Source: Xylographa opegraphella (lineage: Eukaryota). Taken from it: a stretch of DNA of 64,000 bases. A model generated the notes under the pieces. The model searched no databases, had not been told where the DNA came from, and saw only the letters and a program-made list of their open reading frames with translations. Each line of letters starts with the position of its first letter. Position 1 is the stretch's first letter. The stretch is taken from contig JALDZX010000058.1 of NCBI GenBank assembly GCA_022813865.1, positions 1 to 64,000 of the forward strand, read 5' to 3'. Positions 36,539 to 50,447 of the stretch are shown one piece after another. The translations under genes and the position numbers were made by a program.

Positions 36539-37354
36539 TCAGTGCCGCTTCAGGTCGCTGGTACTCGGGGATCTGTAACCACTAGTTCAGCAGATGCCGG
36601 ATGTTGTGGATGCTTGGGATGCTGACCAAGAAGCCTGGACATCTCTTTCATACAGCCGTCTTGCTCGAGCATTGAGCTGCAATTGGCGTACACACCAATG
36701 GAGACGCCACAATGGTAATTGGTTAGACAGGGTATGGAGGCTATGCCGAATTACTCATGATTCTGGAAGAGGGTCTGAACTGTTGTACATAAAATAAGAG
36801 CATGCTGGTCTTGGTCAAGATAGTCGTCCTGCCCCCTCCACACCGTTGGCATCATGTTCTTGGGTGGACCAAACTTTCAGTGGGTTGGAGAATGAGAGAT
36901 GACATGGCACAGAGACAGAGAGTAAGGTGCGGGAGGTGGGGGTTAGTTGGTGGGAGCTGGAGGGAAAAAAGAGAGCGTGGTGTGGGCCACTAGCTTGGTA
37001 AGATTATTGTGATTTTCGCGTTCGTCTTCAACCATCCAAAGGTAGGCAATGTGGACGAGCAAGGCAAGCGCAGGAGAGCAGGGTCGGGTACGACAACGTC
37101 TTTCAACATGCGTCAGGGTAATGATGCTCGATCGGTAGACGAGCAGAGTAAGGTAAGGCAGGCTTACCCGTATGGAAGGAAGGCGTCCAGCGGCAAGGAT
37201 GAATGTCGGCGGCGTTCGTGGTTGTGGGAGGGATGTAGGGGCTAGGGTGCGCTTTCCGGGATCAACAACGTGTTTCGGTCCCGGGTAGCTGATACTATTC
37301 TGGGATATCGCCGGTTGCTTCTTAGCTCTCTGGCTCCCGGAGCCTCAGCCTCGC

Positions 37355-37406
37355 CTCTCTGCTCTCTGCTCTCTGCTCCCTGCTCTCTGCTCTCTGCTCC
37401 CTGCTC
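37355..37406. repeat. Heptamer microsatellite (CTCTCTG/CTCCCTG)n
   Basis: ctctctgctctctgctctctgctccctgctctctgctctctgctccctgctc. Confidence 0.9.
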
Positions 37407-40400
37407 GGACTTGCTACCCCTTCGGTCCGGGACTCTAGTTCCTCGACGAACGCCTCTTGCAAGCATATTGTTTGGTAGTTATGCATAAACAAGGGTGGTC
37501 GATACGAAGTTTGCTTGGCTCCAGCAGAACCGGATGGAGTTCTGGCGAGGTTCGATGCATGGTCATTCGAACCTTGTACTGTGCCCCTGATTCAGCGGCT
37601 GACAGATGGTGGTGCTCTTCTGGACGTACGGGCATGCAGAACCATCACGCTGGTGGCTCGCACCCACATTGGCCGTTTGCTGCACGCGCCAAAGGCATCC
37701 GCATTACGCAGGCAGGACGATTCACGAACCGCTGCATGAACATGCTATCATTCGCTGCTGGCTGGTGGGCGAGTGGATAAACATCAGCCAACGAAGGGAG
37801 TTCGTGAGGTGATTCGCCACGGAATCCAAACCACAACCGTCGGCTCATTTCCAGCTGGGCTTACTGCGCCGCAGCGGTACATGATCATGCGGCATGCATG
37901 AAAACAAAGGGCGCAAAAAGATCTGCAGTCGAAGGACGGGGCAGGAGGACAACTGCAAGATTCTGTAACCGATGTGAGGAGCAAAGAGCTGGCATTTGTG
38001 GTGGTGGTGTCATTCGGCCTTGCAGAAGGTACGGGCGAACAGGAGTATTCGGTTTGGAAAGACTGTTGAACCTTGCATGCATGCATGCCTTTGTGGACTA
38101 AGGTACCTTACGCAGCTGAATGGACAGCTGTGGGTGCAAAGGTAATTAGATCGCATTGGGGTTAGCACGACCTGCCGTAAATTACCGTGTACCTTAGTGT
38201 GAATCGCTAGTCCCGGCTGGAGAGTTCGAGTCGTTTTACGGCGCTCGGGTAGCTTTTACTGTGTTAGGTACTGGATAGAATACTGTACTACTGTAATTCT
38301 TTAGCGAGTCTCCTTTCCCTCTTCCCGCCGCCCGGCTACGGGATTGAGCTGTCCAGCCGCGGAAAGCAGATCTTCAAGTCCCGTGAAGCGTCCCTTGAGT
38401 CTGGAGGACACGTCCGTCCGCGCGAATGCTCGGCGTGCTGTACGGGTCATGAGGTACCCATTACTTTCAAATCCGTGAAGCGCCAATAGTGATGATTTGA
38501 CAGTAATGGGTACGTCGAGCACGGCGCGTGGAACCATGCTCCATCGAGGAAACTCAGTCGGGTCGTGGCTTCAGTCCCCGCTCTGCATGATGCCAAACTA
38601 ACGCCGAGTCGAGCACGAGCGCAGGCGCGTCACAATTATTGCTGGTGGCTGCTGTTTGATGTGATAGGTGCGCATCAGCGCAATCCTTCTCTCTCCACCC
38701 TTTCACTCGTGCCTCTACAGACGCCTGTTTTCACGAGACTACTGAGGCTTGGCGCCATACGCTCGGGAGAACTGGTCACGAACTGCAGGAGCCTGAGAAA
38801 GGAGGCTTCGGCAGCGATCACAGTGGCAGTGCGAATTCCATGAGCCAAACATCCGACATCCCCGTGTAGGTAAAAGCTCCGACGACAAGCAAGACGGCAT
38901 TGCAGATCGTTGCAGCCCACCCCGGCATCAGATCGTGTTTTCTGTATGGCTGGTGAATCGAGGAGAATCAACACCTTCCCACGTGCGCCCGCAAATCCTC
39001 CCTGCTCTTCATCATCCGCACTCATCTAACCAACTCACTCAGTGCAATAATGTGCCGAATCATGAATGATCCGATGCCTGCTGCGTCCGATGGGACAGCT
39101 TCGCCGCGTCCCGGGTGACTGATGCGGCATCATCTCATCGTTGTTTCAGCCATCCCCTTTCGCCTGTTGCCATAAATAGCCTGCCCCGCGATTATTCAAG
39201 TTGTATTTTGGCGGAGTCGGTGCAGGAGGTGGCCTCTTGATCAGCGACGTCGACGTCGAGGTTGGATGACTATGCATTGCGCATGACTTGTATACCTCTG
39301 ATGCAGTTACTGCCCCGCCTGCCAGTTCCAACCGTTGCTCAGAAGCGTGGTGCAACCCCAAGATTAACAGAGACGCCCCCTGCTCTGACCGCTCGGCTTT
39401 TGATTCTGGGGACTTTCCGGCTGGTCAAACGTGCAACATCATGCATACGAAAGATGGAGTGAAAGAGTGATTGGACGTTTGCAGCATACTCACCGTGCGG
39501 ACTTTAGACACTACACTCATTCATTATTGCTGTCGATCCCATGTTATGATACGACTGCGGGCCATACTGACTTCAGAGGGAACTCGAATTCTAGGGACCG
39601 CTCCAGGTCGAAAGAACGCCTTCTTCGGAACACGAGAAGGTTGTACCACTTCTCAGATCTGGACGTGATGTTACATGAAGAAGTATCTCCAATCTAGATG
39701 GACGATAACTTCAATGCGCTTCAGCGACGAGTGTCAAGCCACGTCCTGCTTTTCAAACCTCTCCGCCAAGCCGACCTTTCCGCCAGCTCGTGATCTATTT
39801 CACCCTCGACAAAGTCTCGATAACCACCTTCAACGCCGACGACTGCGATTTTAAGCAGGTTGACCCTGTGACTGATTGTCTGAGGGCGAGCGCTGAAGAG
39901 TCTGTAGAATATTTATCGAGCTACTCGAACATGTCGGGATTGACTATTTGGACATCACGCATTTCGAATGCTTTTTCCGTCCGAGTGGCTGCTGGAATTG
40001 TGGTATCGTCAAACCTGCCAGGGAACGCAGCTAGATGACAATACCATTGTCTACGCGCCAGGCTGCCACAAGGCAGCAGCACGAGAAACTGACCATGCTA
40101 TCGAAACGCTTCGTATACACGGGGCACAACGGCTTACAAGCAGGGAGAAATACTGCAAGGATCAAACCGAGCCTCACCTCATAGCGATATCTTCGAGAGT
40201 CCTCAGTGTACGAACTCGCAGTCACCCAAAACTCCCATCTCTGGTTGATGAAACATCGAAATCTAGGGGCAATTCAGCCGTGCGTCTCATCATGGCATCC
40301 ACCCGTCATGCGGCTCAACTACGAGATCTTGTCGGCTGTTTGCGCTCCGCATAAGCGGCCCATGGCCGTGTGCATCGATGAGGTTTCGTAGCTCCGAGCA

Positions 40401-41274
40401 GTCAGTAGATCGCAATGGGTTACAGAGTACGACATAGGTTACCTAATCTCGCCGGACGGCTTTTTCAGCATGCCGCGCCCTGGTGGAAAAAAGCCCCAGG
40501 AGCCAGCTGTCCACGATCATGAAACTGCGCTTGTCCGTAAATCGAAAGCCTGCGCCGAACGCGAAATCCTCAACCGTCTTCAGGAGCGTCGGAGATAATC
40601 AGATTGCTACACCCCCGTTGGTCGAGGCATCTACTCTTGTATTTTATTCTTCCCAACATGGCTGCGATTGGCCATTTTCCCAGAATTGAAACAATGGAAT
40701 CCAGCATGGCAGAATGAATGGGGCTTCGCTGGGTCAGGATCTGATCCTAATAGCCTCACCTGTGAGAAAGAAGGATTTCCCTGTCTGTGCGACTGCGATT
40801 CATGTTCCGCAAGCCATGGTGAAAATGTCGTTTGTGTATTAGCTGCATCGTTACAGAGTACATCCATACCTTTGTCTTCTGACCATCCCGATCGCTATAT
40901 AGGACCGATATGATCCTGCCATGGCGTCGCTCAAGGTGCCGGCTAGCAATCTCCGTATTCTACAGGGCGCGAAAAAATACATAAGCTATGGGGGCTTTCA
41001 AGTACAAAGGAGTGCCACAACCTTTCTTCCGACTTACAGATTGGCTTGGATGGAATCTCAAAGCCCCATTGTCGTCGTTCCTTGTAATCATTGTGTCTTT
41101 TTCATTGTTTTCATTATTTGTCTCCGTTGAACTCACTTGCTCTGAAAAATGCTATTATGTTAGGTCCATATCCATCAGAGTTGATACACAATCTCCGCGC
41201 CTAAATGTGTATTGATTTCTGGCTACCTATTCGCTATATTCAGAATTTCTGGTGTACAGACTCGCTACAGCGCC

Positions 41275-42647
41275 ATGCGGAGGCATGTCTTGCTGGTGAT
41301 TGCATTCGCAATGATGGCCAATGCATGGCTGCCCAAGGACAATGGATATTTCTCCCAACATAGCAGCTCCACAACCTACAACGATACCATCATCAACAAC
41401 CACCGCTCATTTAAGAACCGAAGAAATATACCCAACTTCGAGATCCGCGGCGTGAACCTCGGTTCTATGTTCATAGTGGAAACTTGGATGGCCTCTACCG
41501 AATGGGCCAATATGGGTTGCGGTAGCGCTCTCTCGGAGTTCGACTGCGTTGCCGCACTGGGGCAAACGCAAGCCAACTCTGCGTGGCGTACCCATTGGTC
41601 CACCTGGATCACCGAGGCCGACATCCAGGAGATGACCAGCTACGGCCTCAACACCATCCGCATCCCGGTCGGGTACAGGATCTTCGAACAATTGGTCTAT
41701 ACGGACAGCGAGCACTTCCCACAAGGTGGCCTCGCGTACCTAGAGCAGGTGTGCGGCTGGGCCACCCACGCGGGGATGTACATTATCATTGACCTGCACG
41801 GCGCTCCTGGCGCCCAAGTCGCGCAGCAGCCCTTTACCGGGCAGTGCGCGTCACCCTCTCCTTGGCTCTTGCTCCATTATCGTCGCTAATGCCCCTCTCG
41901 CAGACGCCTCTACCGCCGGCTTCTACGCCGACTACCAATACCAGCGCGCGTACTGGTTCCTGGGCAACATGACGGAGCTCATCTTCAACGGGCAGCACCC
42001 TGCCTACGCCGGTGTCGGCATGCTCGAAATCGTCAACGAGCCGCTCCCGAACGAGAGCCTCATCTCCGAGTACTACCCGAACGCTCTGGCCGCCATTCGC
42101 GCCGTAGAGGCGCGGTACAACGTTCCTGCGGCCAAGCAGCTCAACATCCAGATGATGGTAAGTTTTCCCCTCGACCTCTCCGCCGCAAACCCAGCTCTGC
42201 TAACCCACCGCACAGGATGCCCGCTGGGGCGCCGGCAACCCCGACACCGCACTTCACGACCTCACCCTCACGGCCTACGACGACCACCGCTATCTCAAGT
42301 ACTCGTCCGCACCACCGACCACGCAGGCCGACTACCTGCAGACCTCGTGCTCGGACCAGCTCGGCGGCAACTGGCCGCTGCTCGTCGGCGAATGGAGCCT
42401 CTCGCCCGCGACCGTGAACCAGGACGACCCGGATCTGACCAACAGCGCCGCCAACATGGCGTTCTACACCCATTGGTGGAGCGCCCAGGTCCAGGCGTAC
42501 GAGATGCAGGATGGGTGGGTGTTTTGGAGCTGGAAGACCGATTTGGGGGACTATCGCTGGGACTATCGGCTGGCGGTGCGGTCGGGTGTCATTCCGAGCA
42601 ATGTGCAGGATGCGTATGCATTTGAATGTAAGGCTTATGGGCCGTGA
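41275..42647 (+). CDS. Secreted glycoside hydrolase family 5, glucan endo-1,6-beta-glucosidase-like (ExgB-like), 2 introns
   Basis: Signal peptide; [37 protein letters not shown]; acid/base [15 protein letters not shown]; nucleophile [16 protein letters not shown]. Confidence 0.93.
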
Positions 42648-43311
42648 GGCTGGGGAGGGGGAGTTGAGGAGTTGAAGGGGGCGGAGGTTGGTTTGATGGG
42701 GGAGGGCGTGGTTTCGGAAGGCGTTTATATTCGCAACGGGAGCTTGAGGGTGAAATGGATATAGGATTGGAGTGGGTATTTTGGACAGGGCTGGGTTTTT
42801 CTTCTCCTTATAAATATGGCTAGAAGGGCTGGCTTTGTTGTAGATGAGGGATTCATTGGGGTCGGGATGTAGGTGTGTTATGATTTACGATATACGAACA
42901 GGCAGTTAGGTCTGATGCGATTTTCGGAAGGGTAAGGTAGGTAGCACTATTTATTAATCGGCGGCCATCTAAGGAGTTTTGCGACCGCTTCGGGGGAGAT
43001 GAGGTCTTGTGAGCGCTGCTGTTTGCTTGGTATTGACAGTGTTCGTTATTCATTTGACCTGTGAAGCGTTGCAGCGGAAGAGGGGAGCTTGCTAGCGTCT
43101 AGCCTAACCTCTTCTGGAATTAGAGCAGTACTGTGTAGGGACCAGTGACCTAACTGGGCTTATCGCTTTTGACGATAGGAAAGGTTCTCCATGTGTTTCT
43201 TTTCCATCGTGGAAGAAGTCCCCGCGCGATATCCCCCCAACCCTGATCACAAAGCTCCGTCCAGATCCCGGACCTCCCTTTCATCTATTCCCCATTGTCT
43301 TCACTCCAACC

Positions 43312-44265
43312 ATGCCCCCATCGCGCACCTCCCCGCCCCCCACTTCCTCCCCTAAACCTCTCGGCCTGACCCCTTCCCAACGCGCCTCCTTCGCCAGAGA
43401 CGGCTACCTCCTCATCCCCAACTTCCTCTCCCCCACCACCACCGCCGCCCTCCTCGCGGAAACCAACCACCTCCTCACCACCTTTCCCCTCGCCACCCAC
43501 CCTCTCACGCGCTTCTCCACCGGCGAATCCTCCGCGCACGTCTCGGACACCTACTTCCTCACCTCAGGCAACAAGATCCATTTCTTCTTCGAAGAAGACG
43601 CCTTCGACCTCTCCACCGGCGCGCTCACCAAGCCGCAAGCCCTCGCTATCAACAAGATCGGCCACTACCTGCATGCGCTGTCGCCGCCCTTCCGCGCCGC
43701 GACCCTCACGCCCGCGGCCGCGGCCGTCGCGCGCGACCTCGGCTTCCGCGATCCCCGCGTCCTGCAGAGCATGGTCATCTGCAAGCAGCCCGAAATCGGC
43801 GGCCGCGTGCCCCCGCACCAAGACTCCACCTTCCTCTACACGGACCCGCCGAGCGCGGTCGGGTTCTGGATCGCGCTCGAGGATGCGACGCGCGAGAATG
43901 GCTGCTTGAGCTTCGCGAGGGGGTCGCATCGGCGGGCGGGGGTGGAGAGTCGCTTCGTCAGGCGCCGGGATGGGGCGGGCACGGAGTTCGTGGGCGTGGA
44001 GGGGGGGAGATTCCCCGAGGGGATGGAGACGGAGGTGGGGGCAGTGGGGAAAGAGGAGGAGGAGTATACGCTCGGGGAGGTGCAGGCGGGCACGTTGGTG
44101 CTGATTCATGGGAACTTGCTGCATAAGAGCGAGCGGAATTGCAGTCCGCGCGGGAGGATGATCTATACGTTTCATGTCATTGAGGGGGAGAGCCGGTATG
44201 ATGAGCGGAACTGGCTGCAGCCGCCCGAAGGGGGCTTCACGCGGCTGGAGCAGGACGGAGTGTGA
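43312..44265 (+). CDS. Phytanoyl-CoA dioxygenase family (PHYHD1-like) Fe(II)/2OG oxygenase
   Basis: FARDGYLLIPNF; INKIGHYLH; QSMVICKQPEIGGRVPPHQDSTFLYT; WIALEDATRENGCL; LIHGNLLHKSERN...R; YDERNWLQP. Confidence 0.95.
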   Translation: MPPSRTSPPPTSSPKPLGLTPSQRASFARDGYLLIPNFLSPTTTAALLAETNHLLTTFPLATHPLTRFSTGESSAHVSDTYFLTSGNKIHFFFEEDAFDLSTGALTKPQALAINKIGHYLHALSPPFRAATLTPAAAAVARDLGFRDPRVLQSMVICKQPEIGGRVPPHQDSTFLYTDPPSAVGFWIALEDATRENGCLSFARGSHRRAGVESRFVRRRDGAGTEFVGVEGGRFPEGMETEVGAVGKEEEEYTLGEVQAGTLVLIHGNLLHKSERNCSPRGRMIYTFHVIEGESRYDERNWLQPPEGGFTRLEQDGV

Positions 44266-44995
44266 TGGAATTGGGTTTGTTCTTGAGGAGAGGGCTGGGT
44301 TTTATGGCTGATGATGTGCTGAAGTGGTACCATTGTTGTGTTTCTGATGTTTGTCTGTGTTCTGAAGGGGTTGCCGGAACTGCAGCATTTGTGATTGCGC
44401 AATGAAGACAGAGAACCCGTTGAGTGTCAGGTGATTGAATATTTTGTGACTTGGAAAAGAGTTTGATTCAGCACCAAAATATAGGTAGGCGTCCTCAGAA
44501 CATACCTACCTACACATATGATGACGGTGGCGTCTGGAGATTAGCGAGCTGCAGCATGGACAGGGTCCACCGGGAGATCGTGCTTCCGGTTCGCATCAAG
44601 CGGGTCTCCGCGTGACGCTAAATATCAGCTACAAGGATGTCAGCCTCGGCTACAGCGCCAGGAGGTGTGAGCCGAGCTGACAGAAACGGTCATTACTGCT
44701 CTGGATTCCCATTCTCGCCCTCGACGTTTTTTTCTTCTCCTTTAGTCACACTTGTTGGACTTCAACGTTGACTTCTGTCTTAATGTAGTTGTTTATAACT
44801 ATATATTGTAGTTCTTGGTCTTCTTCTGCTGCTGTCGCTGCTCTAGAAGATATGTGCTGCGTTGATCAGCATAAGAGATTAGACAAATGTCAACCATCTT
44901 TTTTCATATGGTCATAGCGTTGGCGCGGTAGTTTGAGGTTTAACTTGGTTTTCTTGAAGACATCCATCTTAGGACAGTAGCTTCTATTAATAAAA

Positions 44996-47900
44996 ATGGA
45001 GGGTTCGCCATCGAATCACGACGGGGAGGATATGCTCATCCAGCGGCCGTCCACAATGCAGGACGGAGCAGATACGCGTCCACAAGTTCCCGAATCTGCT
45101 CCCGTTATTATGTCAGAAACACCGAGACAGGGTGCTCAATACGCAACAAACTCGATGCATTCAGTTAGCAGTTCTTCGGGAAAGAAAACCCCAATTGTCC
45201 CTGCGTCATCACAAGATGCTACAGACAACGAAGCGCCATCTACACCGATAGTGGCATCTACTGCGACTCATGTATCACGTGAAGATATGTCGTCTGGGGA
45301 AGAATTGTCACCCAAAGCAGAGAACGAAGAGGAAACAAACGAGCTTTCTCTCCGAGCCGTGGCTCCGATTAATGTACTAGTCCAAAATCTGACTGTTGCC
45401 ATCGATCTTGAAAGAAGTGGACTTGGAGCTCTTCGGCTACCCTTCTCCAAAAGAAAAAACCCAGACCCATCAAAGCCAACTACAAAGAAAATCCTTGACG
45501 ATGTGAGCGCAAGAATGCCTAGCGGAAGCCTTACTGCAATAATCGGAGCAAGTGGGAGCGGCAAAACGTCTATGCTTAACGTCATGTCCCAAAGAATAAG
45601 TGATAGCCGTCTCAAACAGTCAGGAAAGACTCTCTACAATGGCAATCGAAATCTTGCCAGCATCAGGAGTGCGTACGTGATGCAACAGGATGTCCTTCTC
45701 CCGACTTTGACCGTAAGGGAAACTCTGCAGTATTCCGCTGATCTACGACTTCCTCCTCCTACTACGGCAGATGAGCGGCATTTCATTGTGGAGGAAGTGA
45801 TCCTTGAGCTGGGACTGAAGGAATGTGCGAACACACGGATCGGCAACAACGAGCACAAAGGCTGCTCGGGAGGAGAAAAGAGGAGAACAAGCTTGGCCGT
45901 CCAACTTCTGGCGAATCCATCAGTACTGTTCTGTGACGAGGTTACTACCGGACTTGATGCCGCCAGTGCTTTCCAGCTCGTCAAAACACTCAAGCAACTG
46001 GCGCGGAAAGGTAGAACCGTCATAATCACCATACACCAGCCAAGATCAGAGATCTGGGGTCTCTTCGACCATTTAGTACTGCTCACAAGAGGATCACCTG
46101 TATACAGTGGTCCTGCGCAGCCTTGTCTTGAGTATTTTGCCAAGCTTGGTCACGAATTACCACCCTTCGTCAATCCTGCTGAACACCTTATCGACCTAGC
46201 TGCAATCGATACAAGATCGCCTGAGCTGGAAGAAACGTCCCTCGCTCGAGTGACGCGACTAAAAGAAGCTTGGAGGGCAACATCTAGTAGCGCTCTTAGC
46301 TCGGAAATGAGCGAGAAGGCCCTTCTACAAGAAGACTCTGAACGCACACCTTTGGCGAATGGCGGTCGGTCACCCTTCAGGCGCCAGGTAAAAGTACAGA
46401 CTTTAAGGACCATCAAGACTACTTGGAGAGACCCAATGGGCATGACCGGTAGTTTAGTTGAGGTATTAGGGATGAGTATTATTACCGGTTGGATCTTCTT
46501 GCACCTTGATGGCAGCCTTACAGGTATCAGGAGTCGCGAAGGCGCTCTCTATACTGCCGGTTCCCTCCAGGGTTATCTCATTCTACTCTTCGAGACTTAC
46601 CGGCTCACTTTGGATATTGGTGTATTTGATCGTGAATATAGTGAGGGTGTTGTTAGTGTATCATCATGGTTACTGAGCCGGAGATTAGCACGGCTGTTTC
46701 TGGAAGATATCCCTATACCTTTGATTTTCTCCATCATATTCTACTTTATGGTTGGTTTTCGCCACAATGCAAGTCAGTTCTTTATTTTCTTCGCCATCGA
46801 ACTGCTCGGTCACTACCTTGCAGTGACGTTGGCTACTCTTGCTGTGGCGATTTCACGAGACTTCACCGGGGCTGTTCTGATAGCGAACATGAATTTTACC
46901 CTGCAATCCATGTGCAGTAAGTTTATTTGGTGTTAAGAAGATATATGTTCTGGCTAATGGCGTGGAAACCAGGTGGATTCTTCGTCCAATCAAATCAGAT
47001 CCCTATCTGGGTTCGGTGGCTCAAGGTGATTAAGCTCTCAATTCTGGATATTTTGTATGCTGACGAACAAGTACACCGCATACGTCTGGTACGCCAACGG
47101 GGCACTCTCCGCGAACGAGTTTCTAAGCCATACCTCGAGTCCGTATGGTCAATTCTATGACTGTCCAGAACCAGGTGGTCCATCGAATCCAGCATGCTTG
47201 GAGTATACTGGTACATTCATCTTCGCTGCTCTTGGCTACCCAGATAATTGGCTGTGGAGGCCGATTGTGATATTGACCGCTTTTGTCTTTGCATTCCTCA
47301 TCGGTTCCGGTGTGGTCCTTCGTTATTGGAAGGTGGAAATGAGTATATCCAAAGCTAGAACAAGCGAAGAGGATACTTCTGTCGGCAAAGAGCAGATAAG
47401 GTCTCGATCGCTTGAAGAAGTTCGTACTATAGGTATCGAATTGAACAGTTTGACCCTCAACATTCAGAAGTACGAACCCTGGGGGCGTAAAGCTGCTAGG
47501 ATATCAATCCTTCAACCGATCAGTACCAACTTTGAACCTGGTACGCTTAATGTTATAATGGGCCCTTCTGGCAGCGGCAAAACATCACTACTCAACTTAA
47601 TGGCGTCTAGACTATACAGTACCTTTGGAACAAGGTATGAAGTCGGTGGTACCATGATGTATGGAGGATCTATTCCCTCGGAAGATGTCATACGTTCTGT
47701 GGCCTCGTACGTGTGTCAGGATGACGATGCACTGCTGGCAACTCTTACCGTACGAGAGACTTTGCATTTCGCTGCCGGTCTGAGACTACCGACTTGGATG
47801 TCGAAAGCTGAGAAGAAGAGGCGAGCAGAGGAGGTGTTGGTCAAACTCGGGCTCCGGGACTGTGCAAACAACCTGGTCGGCAATGATCTAATCAAGGGGA

Positions 47901-49375
47901 TCAGTGGTGGTGAAAAACGAAGGGTCACGATTGCCATCCAGGTGCTAACCGACCCGAGAATATTACTTCTGGACGAACCGACTTCTGGCCTCGACGCATT
48001 TACAGCATCGTCTATCATTGAAGTCCTTCGAGGTCTTGCTGAAGAGGGAAGGACACTAGTTCTGACAATACATCAATCTCGATCTGACTTGTGGAACCAT
48101 TTCGGGAACGTCCTCCTCCTAGCCCGAGGTGGTTCTCCTGTATATGCTGGTAAGGGGAGAACTATGCTCGAACACTTTTCTTTCCTTGGTTACGACTGTC
48201 CCAAGACAACGAATCCGGCAGATTTTGCCCTCGATCTCATTACCGTCGATCTCCAGCATGCGACGCGAGAAGCTAGGAGCCGAGCCAAGGTTACTTCCTT
48301 GATATCGGATTGGGAAAACGTTCGCCGCAGTCAGCTTGTCAAGACCCCATCACACATCTCTGCTCCAGCCGAGCTTGGTAGTCTCAAGCGAGCTATGACT
48401 CCGTTTCGTATTGCATTCCCTTTGCTCGTACAACGCAGCATGATTGGGTTTCGCCGGGATCCTAACGCGATCCTTGCGCGTACTATGCAGGTCATCGGCT
48501 TCGCTATCATCGTCACACTCTTCTTCGCTCCTCTCAAATCGGATTACGAGTCTGTCCAGAGTAGGCTTGGGTTCATCCAGGAGTTTGCTGGTAAGTGAAG
48601 CCTTCATGTTGAAGCCTTCAGATGCTTACAACAAAATGATAGCTATATACTTTGTCGGCATGCTCCAGAATGTTGCCGTCTACCCCATCGAAAAGAGTGT
48701 ATGTCCCTATCCTCCCCCTCCGCTTTACCTCGCCGTAGCTGATGACTCCAGGTCTTCTATCGCGAACACGACGACCGCGCATACTCCATCGAAGCCTTTT
48801 TCCTCCAATACACCGTCCTCGAAGTCCCCTTTGAGATCCTCGCCTGCCTCGCCTTCTCCGCGATCTCGGTCTTCGGCGCCGGCCTCCCGCGCACGGCCCA
48901 GCTCTTCCTCATCGTCGCCTTCAACGCCTTCTGCGTCGTCAACTGCGGCGAAAGCCTCGGCATCATGTTCAACACGCTCTTCAACCACACCGGCTTCGCC
49001 GTCAACCTGACGTCCGTCGTCCTCTCCGTCGCCACCCTCATGGCCGGCGTCATCAGCCTGAACATCTCCCCCTTCCTGCAGGCCTTTAACCACCTCAGCC
49101 CCTCCAAATGGGCGCTCGGCAACCTCGCGCCCTACAGCCTGGACGGCATCACCTTCAGCTGCACCGATGCGCAGAGGCTTCCCAGCGGAGCCTGTCCCAT
49201 CGCTACCGGGCAGCAGGCGCTGCAGCTGTACAACCTGGACGGCAACGCGCGCATCAACCTCATGGCGTTGGGTGTCGTGACGGTCGGGTATCGCGTCGTG
49301 GCGTACCTGCTCCTCAAAGCGAAGCGCACGCACTGGGGCTGGAAGGAACGCTTCCGCAAGACATCTTCTGCGTGA
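44996..49375 (+). CDS. Full-size ABCG transporter (NBD-TMD)2, YOL075C-like, 4 introns
   Basis: NBD1 GASGSGKTS / CSGGEKRR / FCDEVTTGLD; NBD2 GPSGSGKTS / ISGGEKRR / LLDEPTSGLD; two ABC-2-type membrane domains. Confidence 0.95.
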
Positions 49376-50447
49376 GCGTGGCTCGATTCTAAGCTGTGTT
49401 CTACTTGGCGCACGTATCCAGTCGTTGCCCCTGTACTTTGTATATACCGTGCGCGGCGCCGAGGCGTATGTATAGCGTCGACTGGCGTTTTGAGGTGTAC
49501 AGAGGGGAGATTTGTACAGGAAGGAAGTGTGCTCTCTGGATCTGACCCTCTAGTGATTGCCGCTGTACAGTAGTAGTACTCCGAGCCTTCCCAACATATT
49601 GTGTAAATAACCGCCACCTTTTCTCGCCGTTTGCCCATCGCCCCCTACCTCCACCATCCGCTCTCCACTTCCCCGTCCGTGCGCTCCGCCCCCTATCTCT
49701 CCTCCCAACCAAGACCAAACACCCGCATCTCCCACCCCTCTACCCATCCGCTCGCCCGCTTGAAACATCCATGCGTGTCTGAGGCCGAGGCGTTGTATAC
49801 CATGGAGGGCTGGCGGTGGGGGGGTGGGGGGGGAAATGCCCACGCGGAGACGGGGAGCGAAGAGTACCTAGATTTGAGGCGTTGGTTGGGCTGTGCGGAA
49901 AGAACGGCGGGGCTGCGAGGTATAGAGGTATAGAGGGCAGTAGCTCCTTCCCGAGCCGAGGGCCAGGACGACAGAAATACAATACAGCAGAGAGTATTCG
50001 AGTCCGATGGCGAAGGGGTATCCAAAGCGGGGCGGAAGGGGGTCCAGGAGGACGGTGGATGGGCGTATGCGAGACGAGGACGCAGGATGCGGATTCAAAA
50101 CCCTTGCTGAGAACCGTGAAGTTTCATGACGGTTTGGCGTTTTTTCAGGCGTGGTCAGTTGGGGGGGGTAGATGGGATGATATAGCGAATCAAAGCGAAG
50201 CGAGCAGGAAGCTGAGACGTGTATCTCCTAGGCCAAGCAGGGCCTGGTTGTCTATTGCAAGGACGCAGACCTCCCTACGAGCGAGAAGCATGAAAAGAGA
50301 CATATCAGAGAAGCCGCCTCCCCCAGCACGTAGTTCGCACCATAAAAGACAGCCCAGCCAAACACGCAAGCTATGCGGCAGAAGTCGCAGCAACATGGCC
50401 ACCTCGATTACATAGCACGCTGATATTTCAGCTGGCCGCCCACCGAT

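Noticed and set aside
43564..44175. Long antisense or alternate-frame ORFs over GC-rich genes (also 48725-49333, 56028-57907, 33346-34035, 20364-20916)
   Set aside because: Shadow ORFs produced by the strong codon bias of real genes on the other strand or frame.
33387..49375. TF + GH5 + 2OG dioxygenase + ABCG as a secondary-metabolite cluster
   Set aside because: There is no PKS, NRPS, terpene synthase or RiPP backbone gene, and each gene belongs to a widely conserved standalone family.
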